A stretch of DNA of 64,000 bases from Blastocystis sp. Blastoise (GCA_039096225.1 JBBPEB010000030.1:372001-436000); one strand, 5' to 3'; numbered from the stretch's first letter, positions 33,424 to 56,481 are shown. A program made the numbers and translations. Notes: generated by a model not told the origin, from the letters alone.

Positions 33424-34324
33424 ATGCACTATTCTATATTTTTTTGCTTTATTCTAGCTGCTTCTGCTGCTTGTAAGTCTATCTCTGTGATGGATTAATG
33501 AACTTATATAGTTTGCGGTCGTTATTCTGATGATTGTTCAACAGTTCAAGGACAAGGTACGGCGCATATCACTTAACTTAACTATTTATAGATATCGACT
33601 ATGTTTTTTATGCAAATACATTTGGTGATGTCTACAAAATAGAAATGCAAAATGTCTTACCTGCTGATAGCACTTGTGGTGAAAACCATGTTTATGGATT
33701 GATATGGACATATGATGTTCGTTCTACACTTGGAACACGTAAATATTCTGTATATTCGAGTGATGTTGCTCTTATTACATATAATTTAACAGCGACATCA
33801 AATATTGATTGCGGTGTAACATTAGAATCTGGTGTTCAATATAGTCTTCAGTATATTATATATTATTATTAACTTGTTAATATATATTTTTTTATAAACT
33901 GATAAATAACAAATATATGTTATATTTTGATTAAAATAATATATATATAAATAGAAAGTATACGTGTCGTTATAATGGTGTAGAGGCCTGGCATGGAATG
34001 ACTAGTTTAATTCATCGAAATGAAACATTTGAATTTGATATGGATGAGAATGGTAAAATCTTTTTTAATAGAGGTACTTATACTTATGTAAATGCAGATG
34101 GCTGTCCCTTAGGTGTAAATGATAATACTCAAACTATTATAATTATAGTAGTAGTATTTTGTGTTATACTTCTAGTTATCTTCTTTGTTTATAAGAAATT
34201 GAATAAGAGGGCAGTGAAGACAATAGGTGGAGAGAAAACAAAGTTATATAAACAAGAGAAGAAGCAATTACAGAATAAGAAAATAGGGGATAATAAAATG
34301 AATAATAAAACTATTCATGTTTAA
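33424..34324 (+). CDS. Six-Cys type I membrane protein family member, 3 introns
   Basis: MHYSIFFALFLAASAA signal peptide, CGRYSDDC, core motifs, TM helix, KTIGGEKTKLYKQ...KTIHV*. Confidence 0.9.
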
Positions 34325-35890
34325 TTATATTCTATAAGTTTATTTGCTTTTTTAAGTCTTCTTTTATTCATTGTTTTATTTGATAGAATTCTTTATATTA
34401 CATTAAAAGAATTATAATCAATTATTTTATTTCTTTTCTATTAATAATTTCATTTATTCATTATTTATTTTATGTTTAGTATTTTCATTTTTTATTATTA
34501 TTTCATATTTTTAAAATAATTTATTTACAATTAAAGAATAATTTTAATAATTAGTTTTAAAAATATATCGATAATTATTATAAAATCATATTAATATAAA
34601 AATAATAATATTTTTTATGATATTAAAACAAATATGAATAAAAAAATGATTTGAATGACAGAGTATAAAGAGAAAGACAAATCTGAAATTGAAAAATGAC
34701 AACAACGTTGACGACGATAATAACTCAAATAAATATTGGTTCATCCTATGAAATCACCACTATTATCGCTTTCTTTACAATTGTATTGCTGTTTCAATAG
34801 GTTGTCATTTAACATCTTTATAAATTTTATTCTCTTATTATCCTCTCTAAATTCTCATTTTTATTTCTTTATTCTTTATTGTCTTTTCTTTTTTTTAAAT
34901 TATAAATCCAATTCAATGAAATTCTGGTTCGTCACATTATTATTCTTATGTGTTAATTCTGCTTGTATATATTATTATTTTTTTTTAAAGATTATTGTTT
35001 TTTTATTTAATAAAATAAATTTATAGTATGTGGTAGATATTCTGATAATTGTTCTACATTACCTGGTCAAGGTATTTCTTTGAAATCTTTTAAGCTATTA
35101 TTTTTTTTTAGATATTGATTATGTGTTTTATACGAATGCCTTAGGTTCTGTATATAAGATAGAGATGCAAAATGTAGAACCAGCTGATAAATCTTGTGGT
35201 GAAAATCATAATTATGGTTTAATTTGGACATATATTAATATAGAAACTATAGAAACTGGAAATTATAAAGCTTATGCGAGTGATGTTGCTTTTATTACTT
35301 ATAATTTAACATCAACATCTAATATAAATTGTGGAGTTCCTATCGAAACTGGTGTTCAATATAGTCTTCAGAATCATACTTGTTTATGGTATAGTTCGAA
35401 CGTTTGGGATGGATTAACTGATTATGTAAATAAAGATGTTACTTTAAAATTTGATATTGATGAAAATGGTAAATTGCATTTTAATAGAGGTACTTATGTT
35501 TATGTGAATACTGATGGTTGTTTTTATGGTGTAAATGATAATACACAAATAATTATTATTATTGTAGCTGTTTTCGTTGTAGTTCTTCTTCTTTTATTCC
35601 TTGTTTATTTAAGATTTATAAGACGATCTGTGAAGACAATAGCTGGAGAGAAAACAAAATTATATAAACAAAATAAGAAGCAATTACAAACAAAGAAAGT
35701 TGGTTCTTTAAAACGTGGTGATAGTAATAAGAAAGACAAAAGTGAACCTCATCATCATAGTAAGAAAGATATAAATAGTGAAACGAATCAACCTAAAGTT
35801 ATTCATGTTTAATTATCTTTTTTTTTCACGTTTCTTCTTATTATTTATAATTATATGATATTCATATATTATTCTGGTTCTTTTGTGTGT
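34122..35890 (+). repeat. Inverted segmental duplication, copy B (partner 1487-3258)
   Basis: Same match as described for copy A. Confidence 0.95.
34916..35812 (+). CDS. Six-Cys type I membrane protein family member, 2 introns
   Basis: Same protein as 1567-2463. Confidence 0.9.
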
Positions 35891-36143
35891 GTTCATTATA
35901 TATATTGTTTTGTATAATTTTATAATTTAAAAAGGTCTTCTTCTACTTTAAAAATATCGATACAAATTGATTTAACAATAAAACAATAAATGTTGATACT
36001 TAATAAAAACAAAAATTATCATATTTATTATGATTTAAAACATTAAAAACTTAATTAAATAATCATATTTATTATACTAATTGAGTAATTAAATAAAAAT
36101 AAGTATATGATAGTAAAAGAATATAAATATTAATATACATATA

Positions 36144-36340
36144 TTACATCATATTATTTTCTTTAAGAGCTTTATGAATAGCAGTAATTATTTCTTGTGA
36201 AGCTTCTTTCACATCTGGACGACCAAAGATGGCACTAATAACAGCAATACCAACTATTTATAGAAAAAATTATTATATAAATGTATATATAATTAAATAG
36301 AATAATTAATATATATTAATGTAACTATTATTGTAATTAT

Positions 36341-36376
<36 letters not shown>

Positions 36377-36667
36377 AGCTCCTTGGGCAATGGATTCATG
36401 GCAATTGGCCGCATTAACACCACCAATAGAGACTACAGGAATATCAACGCTATGAACAACTTTATATAAACCATCAAGGCCTGTAATTTCAGCATCATAT
36501 TTAGAACTATATTTAATAATAATAATAATAATGATAATAATAATAATAAACGTAATAATAATAATAAACATAATAAACATAAAAAACATAATAATAATAA
36601 ACATAATAATAAACAGAATAAACATAATAATAAACAGAATAAACATAATAATATAATAATAATAATG

Positions 36668-36700
<33 letters not shown>

Positions 36701-37298
36701 TATATATGTTTATATATACTTAGTAGGATAAATGGCACCTGTGCCTATATAATCAACATTAGCTAATTCAGCGACATGAGCTTCTTCAGGAGTGTTACAG
36801 GACACACCTAAAATCTATAGAATAAAAAGTATAGTAAGAAAAAATATATAACAAACAAAAATCGTTAAGATATATATATGCTATAATAAGAAATATAATA
36901 ATAAGTAGTTTATAATATAGTATATATAACAATAGTAAATAATGTATAATAATACTATACTTTATCTTCTCCTATTAGTTTTCTTGTGATAAGAGGAGGG
37001 AGGTCACTTTGACCTATATGAACACCATCGGCATTACTCTATATATATATATATATATATATAGAAAGTTGACATATTAAAATAATCATAGAACTGAAAA
37101 GAATTATAAATGAATTTATATATAGTTATCATAGAAAATTGTAACATAATTAACATCAACAAAATAAAATCATGAATATATATATATATATACCATAATA
37201 GCGACATCAACTCGATCATCAATAATAAGTGGCACGTGATGATCCTGAAGATATTTATGGAGACGAAGAGATAAACGAACCATACGATCTATTATATA

Positions 37299-37330
<32 letters not shown>

Positions 37331-38296
37331 AATATACAATAATATATATAGATAACACTAGTAAAAACAATAAATACATACCAATTCCATTAGTTTTATC
37401 TCTTAATTGAACCATAGTAGCACCTCCTTCTACTGCTCTATATACATCTGCTTCACCTTTCGTTATAATACCATCAATATCTATATATATATATATATTA
37501 TAATGAGTTTATAATTAATTATATTATTAATAAATGAATAAAAAAAATATTAATAAATATATATATATATAATGAATCATAGGATAATAAACATATACTT
37601 GAATCAGAAGTTTTATTTAATTCTCCATTTAAAAGTGATAGTTCTTCATCTACTTCATCATTCAATTTATCGCTTGTTAACGCCATTAAACGACATACTT
37701 CTACAGGACTCTTACTATATATATAATTAATATATATATACATATATATATTAAAGTAATAACAACAAATAAGAATAAACTATAAATAATAATAATAAAT
37801 GAATACGTGATATATTTAGAAGTATTCTTTATAATATGTTGTTGAATATCTTTAATATATTGAGGATAAAGAGAAGAAGAGAGAAGAACAGAAGCTATTT
37901 CATCCCAAGAAGTTGCTTGATACATATAGTGATTGCTATAATAATAAATATATATAATTATTAATTATTTGAAATACTTTTAATAGTATATAAATAAATA
38001 TAAATATATATATATATACTTATTATCTTTAATAAGATAAGGAAGAAGATAAATAGAGGCGATAGTATATCCTGAAAGAGAAGCAAAAGTAATTAATTTA
38101 TTATTATTTCCATAAATAATAGGTATATTAACATGAAGAAGAGGAGTTAAATCAGATATAGAATCACCAATATATATAGAAGGAGAAGAAGGAGAAGAAG
38201 AAGCAACTAACTGATTTATAATATTCACTTTATCTCTTCCACTACGAACAAGTCCTTCAACTTTACCTATAATAATAATAATAAAAATAATAATAA

Positions 38297-38340
<44 letters not shown>

Positions 38341-39990
38341 CACATAATAAATATAATAAAAATAAACATAATAATACCTGTTCCCTTCTTATTTTCATCA
38401 TATGAAACATGACTACAATAAATTTGTTCTTTCTGAATATTCGTGGGAATTAAAGAATTACAGACAGCATTATAAAACCAGTTAGTTGATAAAATATATA
38501 GAGAAGACATTTTATTCAGACATTTTAAGACTTCGACTGAATGACACTTATAATCCACCTAAATATATATATATATAATAATATACAGTATATAGAATAT
38601 ATTCTTGTTAAAAAGTAATCATATAATAATAATATAATAAAAATATATATATACTAATCTACTAATCATAGACTCTACTTCTTTTCGTTCATTTAAATGG
38701 AAATTACTGTTAATAATAGGAATTAATTCTTTTTCTTGATAATCATTATATTTACTCATAAAAGTGCTAATAGTATCCTTATTATATTGAGAAGGAGAAG
38801 AACATATAGATTTGATCTCATCAGAATAACTATAGAATCATATACAATATATTTATGTAGAAAACGAAAAAAAAATAGATATTACAAGGAAATAAAGAAT
38901 AAAACTATTTATATTGGAATATATATTATAAATAAAAATTATAATATTCAAATACGGTTGATAATTCTTTGAATAGATATCTATTAATGAATCAAATATT
39001 TCTTTCTTTTCCTTTTGAATATCATTATTTTCAAACATATATGCATGATATCCAAATAAGGACTATATATATATAAATCTTTAAAAAAAATAAATTAATA
39101 ATTTAATAAATAAACAAAAGAAAAAAAAAATAAAACATAATAATGGAATAACTATCAATATATACACAAGAATCATTAACAATAGTATCATCATAATCAC
39201 AGAATAGAAAAGGAAATTGGTTCTCAAATGGAGAAGAAGGAAGAATAGAAGAAAGAGAAAAACGAGATAATAAAGACATATAAAAAGATTGAACAAAATC
39301 TTTATTATCTTCAAACTATAGATAAAACTCATGAATAATATATATATAATAATATAAAAATGATGAATAGATATACATTTTCACGGGAAAGCTCTAAATT
39401 TTTCATAACGTTTTCACAAATAATCTAATATATATATATATATTATATTGTGTTTAAAATATTTTATATGCATATACAATATTATAATTATAGATATACT
39501 GAAGAATGATCTTTTATAGAATAAATAAGATTCGTTAAAGTTGTAGAAGATTTTAATAATAAAGAATTATAAGAAGGAACTACAGAAAACAATCTGAAGA
39601 AATAGTAGATAGATAGAATGAGATGATGATGCGTGTCCATAGGATTAGAAATCTTTTCAATACAACAGTTACATATATTATCACGATCACTAATTTGTTG
39701 AATGGCTTCACAAATTCCATCTTCACAGAACTTCTTATCCTTTGATATCTGAAGCAGAAGAACACTAAAAAAATAAGAAATAAATATTTAATGAACATAC
39801 TAAATGTAAGTAGATAAAATCTTATGGATCTTAGCACAGTTCGTGTTTTCTTCATCTTGTTCTGATTTCAATACAGCAACTAATTCACGACTATACGATA
39901 TATTATTCTAATAATGACTTCATACACAAGACTTTGAATTTGTTCACCGCAAAAATAAAAAATAGAATCACAAAGAGGTGTTGTATCCAT
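36144..39990 (-). CDS. thiE: Fusion protein: helical N-terminal domain + HAD-family phosphatase (TH2-like) + thiamine-phosphate synthase
   Basis: HAD motifs CDYDDT and YIGDSISDL...SWDEI. ThiE motifs GGATMVQLRDK, LIIDDRVDVA, GVHIGQSD, DYIGTGAIYPT-SK, SIGGV, AVISAI. A phase-2 intron joins the two parts in frame (YIT/KSPVEVCRLMALT). Confidence 0.85.
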
Positions 39991-42243
39991 ATTAAGAAAG
40001 CAATTAAAGATAAACTTTAAAGAATAAATAATAAAATAATGATTTTATAGAAAAGATAAATTGATAAGGAGAAACCCATCAATAAAACGACGTCATTCGG
40101 TCAATTTGCATGAATAAGCACGAATGTCGAATGAATGGTCTTTTAAAAGAAGATTTTTTTTATTTAAAAAAACAAAATAGAAATAAGAATATCTTTGGAG
40201 AATGTGATTTAAATAAGTGATAACTATTTATCAATAATGATTATCATTTTTATATGAGATATAAGGGGTGAAATGAATACAAGATTCTCTTGAAATGTAT
40301 GGTAGTTCCCATGATTTGTAAGTAAGTACTGTCTTTTAATGAAAGTAGTAACTTGATAAGCAGAGTATACTATGTTCATACTATATTGTCAGATAGACCA
40401 TGTATTTGATTATTTAATGTTGAAAAATATGTGTTTCTTTTTTATGTTTATTTTTTCATTATCTACTTGTGTTCATTATAATCATTTACAACAAAAATGT
40501 TTGCAGTTGATGATTACTGTCACTATTATTCTTGTATTTATAAAATAATTACAATATAAAGTATAATGATAAAAACAAAACGATAATATACTAAAGAATT
40601 TTAGAGAGTTCGATGTATTAACACAGAAAATTTTTAAAAAAGAAATTCATAATATGACAGGATTTTTTTTAACAAATGAAGATACTATAGACTTTCTTAA
40701 TATATGAAGAAAAATAGTATAGAAAAGGGTATTGAATATTTAAATTGTTAAGGAGAATAAAGAGAAAAGAATATACAACATATACATATAATATATATAT
40801 AGATATAAAATTAAAAAAAAAAATAAATATATTCAGAAAAAAATGAAAATATACAACGAACAATGATATACAAAACACAATTTTATAGAATATAATACAT
40901 ATATAATTTATAGATTAAAGATAATAGATTATCAATATTAATATATATATATATATATATATATAATGATAAAATTTAATATATATATATAAAGGAAAAG
41001 ATATATAGTCAAATAAAGGATACAAGTCAAGAACATATATAATGGATAAAAAGAGTAAATGAATAAATATAACGTTATATTTAAAAGTAGTAGAAAATTA
41101 CCAAGATACTGATATAAATAGATATTATATATGTAGTGAAATAATGATGTAAATATAGAAGGACATATGATTATAAATATAGAATGAAAAAAAAAAGACG
41201 AGAAGAAGACAAAGAAGAAATTACAAAAAAAAAATAAAATAAAAAAATTCTTTTTTCAAGAGAATAGAATAGAAACAAAAGTATCTATATATAGATATAT
41301 AATGAATAGTGAATGAGAGAAATACTCTAGCCAATGAGAGTTGGAGAGAAAAAAAAAAAGGAAATGAATGGTATATATTACAAGGGATATAAAATATTGA
41401 GAGAGAAACAGAGAATCAGTAATAATAAAATAATAATGAAGATATTGTATAGCAGGGTTAATATGGTATATATATATATACATATATATTATTTTAAATA
41501 GGAAAGGAAGAATGTATATACATATATATTATTATAATTAGAAAGGAAATAATGTATACACATATATAGAGTTACATATATATAGTATATTAATATAATT
41601 AGAAAGAAAAGATTTGGTTATTATAAGAAATAAAGCCAATAAATAAAGTGAATGGTCACTAGAAGCTTTTTCTTATAGATATAAATATGTATATAATAGA
41701 AATATATATATATATACTAAATGTTAAAAGAAATTAATTAACGAAATATTATATATATATAATATTTATATAAATATTTATAGTCAAATACAAATAATAT
41801 ATATAAACGAGAATAGACTATATTGAGATCAGATGTCTAGAGAAAAAAAAATTTAAAATAAAAAATAGTATAAAAAGAAAGAATATATAAATATAGTAAA
41901 GAAGTGATATCATATATTTGATAAATAATATATTTAAAATACAGTAAAATAATTAAATGAAAAGATAATATATTATACATATATATATAGTCATTTAATA
42001 TACAATATTACTACACATATTTAATATAATTAATAGATATAGTTATATATATAACACAAAGATATTATAAAAATAAAAATTAAAAAAAAATTGATGTATA
42101 TATATTTTAGATACAATATATATATAAAGAAGAAAATTTAAAAAAAAAATATATATATATATATAAATAGATATAATGAATGATGTGTAATGAAAACAAA
42201 GAATGAATCGTAAAATATATATATATATATATATATATCTCAA

Positions 42244-43262
<1,019 letters not shown>

Positions 43263-43531
43263 TATCGTGATCTAACTCTACAAGAATTAAATTCTGGACG
43301 ACTTATGTGACTTAATTACAATTCTTAAACTGCTGAAAGTCCACATTTTCTGTTTTTATTGGTTTAGTGTGTGGATTGAAATAATTACCATGAATATCGT
43401 TTTAAATAGGTCAGAGTTTCTCCATTTAGAAATTTCTTGTTGCTGGAAAAGAAGAATTGCTAGCATTTGCTTTATGGTGGAACACTAATTTCTCTTTTTC
43501 ATTATTTATTAATTATTATAGTCATTATCTT

Positions 43532-46435
43532 ATGTCTTCTCCTACAAAGCGATTCAGAGTACTCTTGGATATTTTCTCTAATGATTACAGAAAGGTTCTT
43601 ATTGGAATAAATGACTCCATTCATACAATTTGTCAATTGAAGGAATATATAGTGTCTAAATATTATCCATTACACACATTTGTAAGTAAATATCTAGTTT
43701 TATTGATTTATATACTTTACAATTTAATTTTAACATATTATTTCTAGTCTTTTTCAATTTTGATGTCTTTGGATGGATTTATCATAGATGACAATGAATC
43801 TATTGATCTACTACATGATGATGATTGTATACGAATTCATGGATTTCTTTCTTCCAAAGAAAAAATCGTTTCAACTTCTGATCATACGTATCTTATTCAA
43901 TCATTATCAAATACATTTGATTCATCCAGTTTTTTCTCTTCGTCAGTTGCTGATGAAAATCAAATAACAGTGAGAAAATCTTGTGAAGATTGTCAAAAGA
44001 AAGGTAATTTTTTTTTGTCTATATTTATATATATTTTTTTTAGATTTTATTTCTGAAAACAATGTAAAAGAGAATGATCATAAATCTATAAAGAGAACCA
44101 AAAATGATGAAGATAGCTATCAACATAAAAAGAAAAAAGAAAAAAGTATATAAGGAATCGTTTTGTATTTGTTTTATTTATATTAATATCTGTTTTTATT
44201 AATATATTTATAGAATCTCAATTAATAGTATCAGAATCTAGTGATGATCTTCATGATAAAAGTCAAGATATTTCAAAAACAAAAAAAGAGAATAAAGATA
44301 TAAATAAATTTAATTTTCTTCAATTATCTCCTATTCATCATCCTCAAAAGAATAATAAAGATATTAATAATAAAATAACGTGTATTAAAGATAATAATGA
44401 AAATATTGAAAATAATAAAGAAAATAATAAAGAAAATAATAATGAAAATAATAATGAAAATAATAATATAGAAAACAATAAAGAAAATAACAATATTGAA
44501 AACAATAAAGAAAACAATGATTATAAAACGAATAACAGTATTCAAGATCTTCACTATAATCAAACTCAAAACACAAGTCTATCTCAGAATCCTATTTCTA
44601 CAGATATAACTCATAAGAATATCTCTGTTTCCTCTCTTCCTCTATATACAAAGCCTATATGTATTTCTTTACCATCTTCGAAACATATTATTTTTGATTC
44701 TACATCTTCTTCTTCTTCTACTACTACTACTACTATTCCTTCATTAAATACTGTAACTAATCTTCCTTTACGTCTCAATATAACACCTCCTTCATATATT
44801 CCTTATCCAAATACAAATAAACCTAATGAATCAGAAAAGAAGAAAAAGACAAGAAGAAGTCAAAAGAAAAATAAATCAATTCTTCCTTCATCAACATTAA
44901 ATAAATCCATTAATCTTCCTATACAATCATCTATATCAAAACATAATAATTCTCTTGATAATAGTATTAAGTCTACATTATCGATGAATACATTATTTGA
45001 TTCAAAAGAATCATCAGATTATTCATCAAATACTCCTTCTATCAGTTTAATATCTCCTTCTAAACATATATCTCCTTCTAAACATATATATCCTTCTAAA
45101 CATATATCTCCTTCTAAACATATATATCCTACTCCACCTCCATCTCTTTCTATATCTACTATTTCAAATTCTATGAATATATCTCCTCTATCTGATTCTA
45201 TTAATATATCAAATAATACTCATTCTATTAATGAACAAAAAAATAATACACTAAATAAAGATGATATTCAAATATGTAAATCAAATAATAATAATAAAGA
45301 TAATAAAGATAATAATAATAATAATAATGAAAATATCTCAGATAATAATAATATATTTAATAATCATTTAAACGATCAAAGTAATAAAACAGAAAATATA
45401 ATGATACCCTCTATAAAGAAAACTTATATAGGTACTAGTATACAAGATGATTTTGATATTCCAGAAGAAGAAAATAATTCAAATAATAAAATAGATTCTT
45501 CAACAATCAACATACAGCCCATAAATGAGTATACAATGAATTCTCCAAAGAAACAAGTAATTTCTAAAGAAATTGATTTAAAAGAAGCTCTTAATATAAC
45601 TGACCGATTTGAATATGATATGTATATTCTTAATAATTCCCATTTCCTTTTATTATTATTACTTTATATATTGTTTTAGAATTCTATATTTTTATCATTG
45701 ATCCTATTCTATATATATTATGTATAAAAAGTATATATAGGATAAATCATAATTATTACTTATATATATAGGAAAGGATGCACATACAAATTAAAAAAAC
45801 AAAAATATGAAGTTCTTTCTATTCCTCCTTCTAATCCTATAGAATCTATACATATAAATAAGGGTGTACCACTTCCTAAAGTACATTGTTTTCTTTTTTT
45901 TTATAATCTATATTATGAATAACAATCTTTTTTTTAGAGTTATTATTTTTTTCTACTATATATATAGAACTATACTCTTCAAGCATATGATATTATAATG
46001 TTTTCTACTCTTTCCCTTGATTATTCTTCATTAGCACCTACTTATTCCTCTCCTATTGAAGCTAGAATACGATGGTATATATATATATATATAATTTATA
46101 TTATTATGTATATATATATTATATTATTATATAAAAAAAAATATAGTATTATATATAATATAATAAAAATTCTATAGTGAACTTCCAGATGGAAAATATT
46201 CGTTGTATTTAATGGATTTAGATGAAATACAAATTGTATACATATATATTATAATTAGAATTTAGAATTAATTTATTTTATATTATAATTAATATAGCAT
46301 ATATATATATTAAAATTCTTAAAAATATATTATATATGAACATTACTTTATTATACTCTATAGAAATCTAAAGAAGAGTTATATAATGTTCATATTATTA
46401 GTGGTCCCTCCTTTGATAAATATAAACAAAACTAA
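43532..46435 (+). CDS. Coilin-like protein
   Basis: N-terminus RFRVLL...TICQLKEYI...LDGFIIDDNESIDLLHDDDCIRI resembles the coilin N-terminal domain. A disordered Ser/Asn/Lys-rich middle is followed by DIIMFSTLSLDYSSLAPTYS, resembling the coilin Tudor-like C-terminus. Confidence 0.6.
45050..45130 (+). repeat. Coding 18-bp tandem repeat x4, encoding SKHI(S/Y)P
   Basis: Visible in both the DNA and the ORF translation. Confidence 0.9.
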
Positions 46436-47052
46436 ATAACACTAGTTTTTATTTATTTAATTTATAATTGTTTTAACTTCTATATTAAATATATTTTAAA
46501 TGATTTTATAGCGAAAAGGAAGACTTTTAAAATAGTCTTGTAAACTTTTATAAAAAAATTAATATATTTTTTGCCGATTTTATTAAATAAATCACTTTTT
46601 TAAATTCATATTCGTTTTAATAATAAGTTCAGCAAAATTATATTATAAAATTATATTATAAAATGTTTTTTATTTATTTTCAGAAAACAAAAATAAAAAA
46701 TAAAAAAACACTGTTTTTGTGTCCAACTTATCTAAGATCACTTTTTTATCATAAAGAAAAATATATTATATTCTATATATATTTTTCTTTATTATAATAA
46801 AAAACATGAACACAAAATCAGCTCATAAAGATTTTCAATGCATTGCAAAATATATTACAATAGAGTTAGAATTATTTATACAGTTTAGTTTCTTTATAAT
46901 ATGAGTTTGAAAAATAACTAGACACAAGAATCCAATTCAAAAAACATCATTTATATAAAAAACTGACTACTCTCAGGAAATTATTTCAGTTACTCCTCTA
47001 TAATTTTGGAAAAAACTCTATTTAAATTTTTCTTTTATATATATGATTATCA

Positions 47053-53695
<6,643 letters not shown>

Positions 53696-54612
53696 TTGTA
53701 ATAGAATCTCAAAGACTATTGAATAACTTTTCTTAATCTTTGTTTATATGAATAGAATATGCTATTACTCACTATACATGAATATTCTTATTGTTTTTAA
53801 TTGCTTATTACTAAACTGTCTAAATATCACTCTATATTTTTTTTCTGATTTTTTTCTTTTAGACCAAAACATTAATATATAACTATTCGATCTATATTTA
53901 GTTATGCTTAAATTCTCTTTGTTATACACGAAGAAAGAAATTCTCTATTTATTTCGCGTTGCAACAAAACTTTATGAAAATCTATTTTTTTCACAACTTT
54001 TTCAACTAGAGTATAATGTCAGTGATGCACACCTACAATCGCATGTCTTATTCAATTCTATAAGTATAAAAATATTGATTATTCACATGAAACAATAGTT
54101 TCCACCAGATACTTCATCCATTTTTTTGAATCCTTTGTGTTTTTCTATTGTTTTTCAATTCATTATTTCATAGAGCCAATGTATTAAAATTAATCAATCA
54201 AAACTTGGTTGATCATGAACAAGTAAACACACAAAATAAGTCCATAATATTATTCTATACACATTTCACTTTTATAACCCTCTGTATAATAACTTCTAAC
54301 AACGTTAAAAAGTGTTGAAAAACACATAATTCATACTCTTAATTGTATTATCCGAACAACCGGAATTCCCCCCTAAAAATAAAAGAGAAAAAATGCATCA
54401 TCCAATGATTTTATTTTTTTTTCTTTTGATTACAAAGGGAACGACCTCTTTGAAATAAACATGATTATTACTTTATTTAAAGGCAAGAAATAAAAATAAT
54501 TCTTTAGAAACCAGGAATTCATACAATTTCCTTAATCTATTTACTCAATTTCTAAATAATAATTGATTTTGATTAAAATATAAATCTTTGATAATTTGAT
54601 GAACTTTTCAAG

Positions 54613-56035
54613 ATGAATCAGAGTAATGGATATGTAGAAATGAATCACTTTGAAAATGAAGCTTGTTCAATTCGTCAAAGTTTAGATAATACTTCAAAAG
54701 AATTTGAGATAATTATGGATAAGATAACTACGCAAGTTGAAGGTGTTTTTCGTTTTTGTCAAGCTGCTTTACTTTTTATTAATAAAAAAACATTAGCACC
54801 TATGACGCCTATGTTAGTTCCTCATCTTCAAGTATCACCGGATGATTGCTTGAATTCTGGAGTTATGTCGAAGGCAAGTTCAGTTTCTTCTCAAGAAGTT
54901 TTTTATGATTCTGGATATTTGACTTCTTCAGATAGTGCATACGTTGATAATACGAAGTCACAATATTCTACATTATCTTCAAGTCAATCTAGTGCTATTT
55001 CTCCTTTTGCTTCTGTATTTCAAAGTTATTTAAATGCTTATTTGGCTGGAAATCCAATTCCTGTTGATAATTTTACTCGAGATCAGATTCTTTTCTTCAA
55101 GCGTCAATTTGATGAGTATCATGTTTCTGTTCCTCCGGATATAGTTCAGTATTTAAATGTAATGCAGTCAGCAATGTCGAGTTATCCTTCGGATTCTATA
55201 GGTAGTGGTTCAACTTCATCTCCAAATCAATCAACAAGTAGTATGATTGATGATAAAAAGCGTATTGATAATAGTAGTGATAATATGGAAAAACGTGCAA
55301 AATTGATTCAACACGAAGATTTGATTATTCCTGACAATTGTAAATTTAAGAAATACCTTCAAGCTTATAAATCAGGAATTCCGTTTGTTATTGAAAAAGA
55401 AGATATAGATAAGATTGAAGAAATTAAAAGTGAATTTATTGCATTAAATATACGTGATTCTTCTATTTGGGTAAATATTTATTTAAATACATATTTTTTA
55501 AATGCTACTACGTTAACTGATGAATTTGCTTTTTTTTTATCGGGTTGGTGTGGAGCTAAAAAACAATGGAAACTTATTTATAGGTAAGATTTTTTAAGTA
55601 TTTTATATGTTTTTATTTCATATTATTTTATGTTATTTTATATTATGTTATTTTATATTATATATATATCTTATATTTGATTATTATTTCTCCTATATAC
55701 TATATTTATAAATTAAATTCATATTATAAATACATATATAATAAATACATAATATTTCTAGAGGAACAAGAGATGGCTTTTTAGCAGAAGATTTCCATGA
55801 GAAATGTGATAATAAAGGAGAAACAGTGACTGTGTTTAAATATTACACAAATGGTAATTTCTGTATTTTTGGAGGGTATACTTCTATTTCTTGGACTATG
55901 GGTATTTATTATTATTTTATTATTATTTATTTTTATTATGATTTTTTTTTATACATATTTTTTTTTAAATATTTTGTAAATTCTATTTCTTATTATTTAG
56001 AAAGTATATATTATTTGTATATTCTTTTTATGTCA

Positions 56036-56083
<48 letters not shown>

Positions 56084-56480
56084 TGATCAGCATTATTCAG
56101 ATCCAAAGAGTTTTATATTTACATTAGCAAATCCTAATAATATTCCTCCTACTCAATTTCCTTGTCAAATTACTACTAAGAATATGTATCATGGAAAACA
56201 TCTTGGACCTAATTTTGGTACTACTTATAATAATATGGGTATTTGTGGTGCTCGTAAACCTGCTATTCCTCCAGCTATAGAACCTGTGAAGAATCATATA
56301 GATACATATGCTATCATAGCAAATGGATTATTCTATAGTTTTGTTAATTTTGATAAAGAACATCCTACTTATGGAGATCTAGCAGGATATGGTAATGGAT
56401 TATTTGTGAATAATGGAAAAGACTGGAATCATCAATCTTTTACTTCCAATGAAATCGAAACATTTGCTAGATTAACGTAA
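54613..56480 (+). CDS. TLDc-domain protein, 3 exons
   Basis: WKLIYR/GTRDGFLAEDFHEKCDNKGETVTV...IFGGYTSISW...DPKSFIFTLANP...GPNFG...EIETF. Confidence 0.9.
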
Positions 56481-56481
56481 T

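Noticed and set aside
28290-40100. TGACG/CRE-like and CCAAT motifs upstream of several genes
   Set aside because: They also occur often in exons, and the count looks compatible with chance.
39991-40400. Possible TPP riboswitch near the thiamine gene
   Set aside because: I could not find the CUGAGA and ACCUGAU core motifs in a suitable arrangement. A covariance-model search would settle it.
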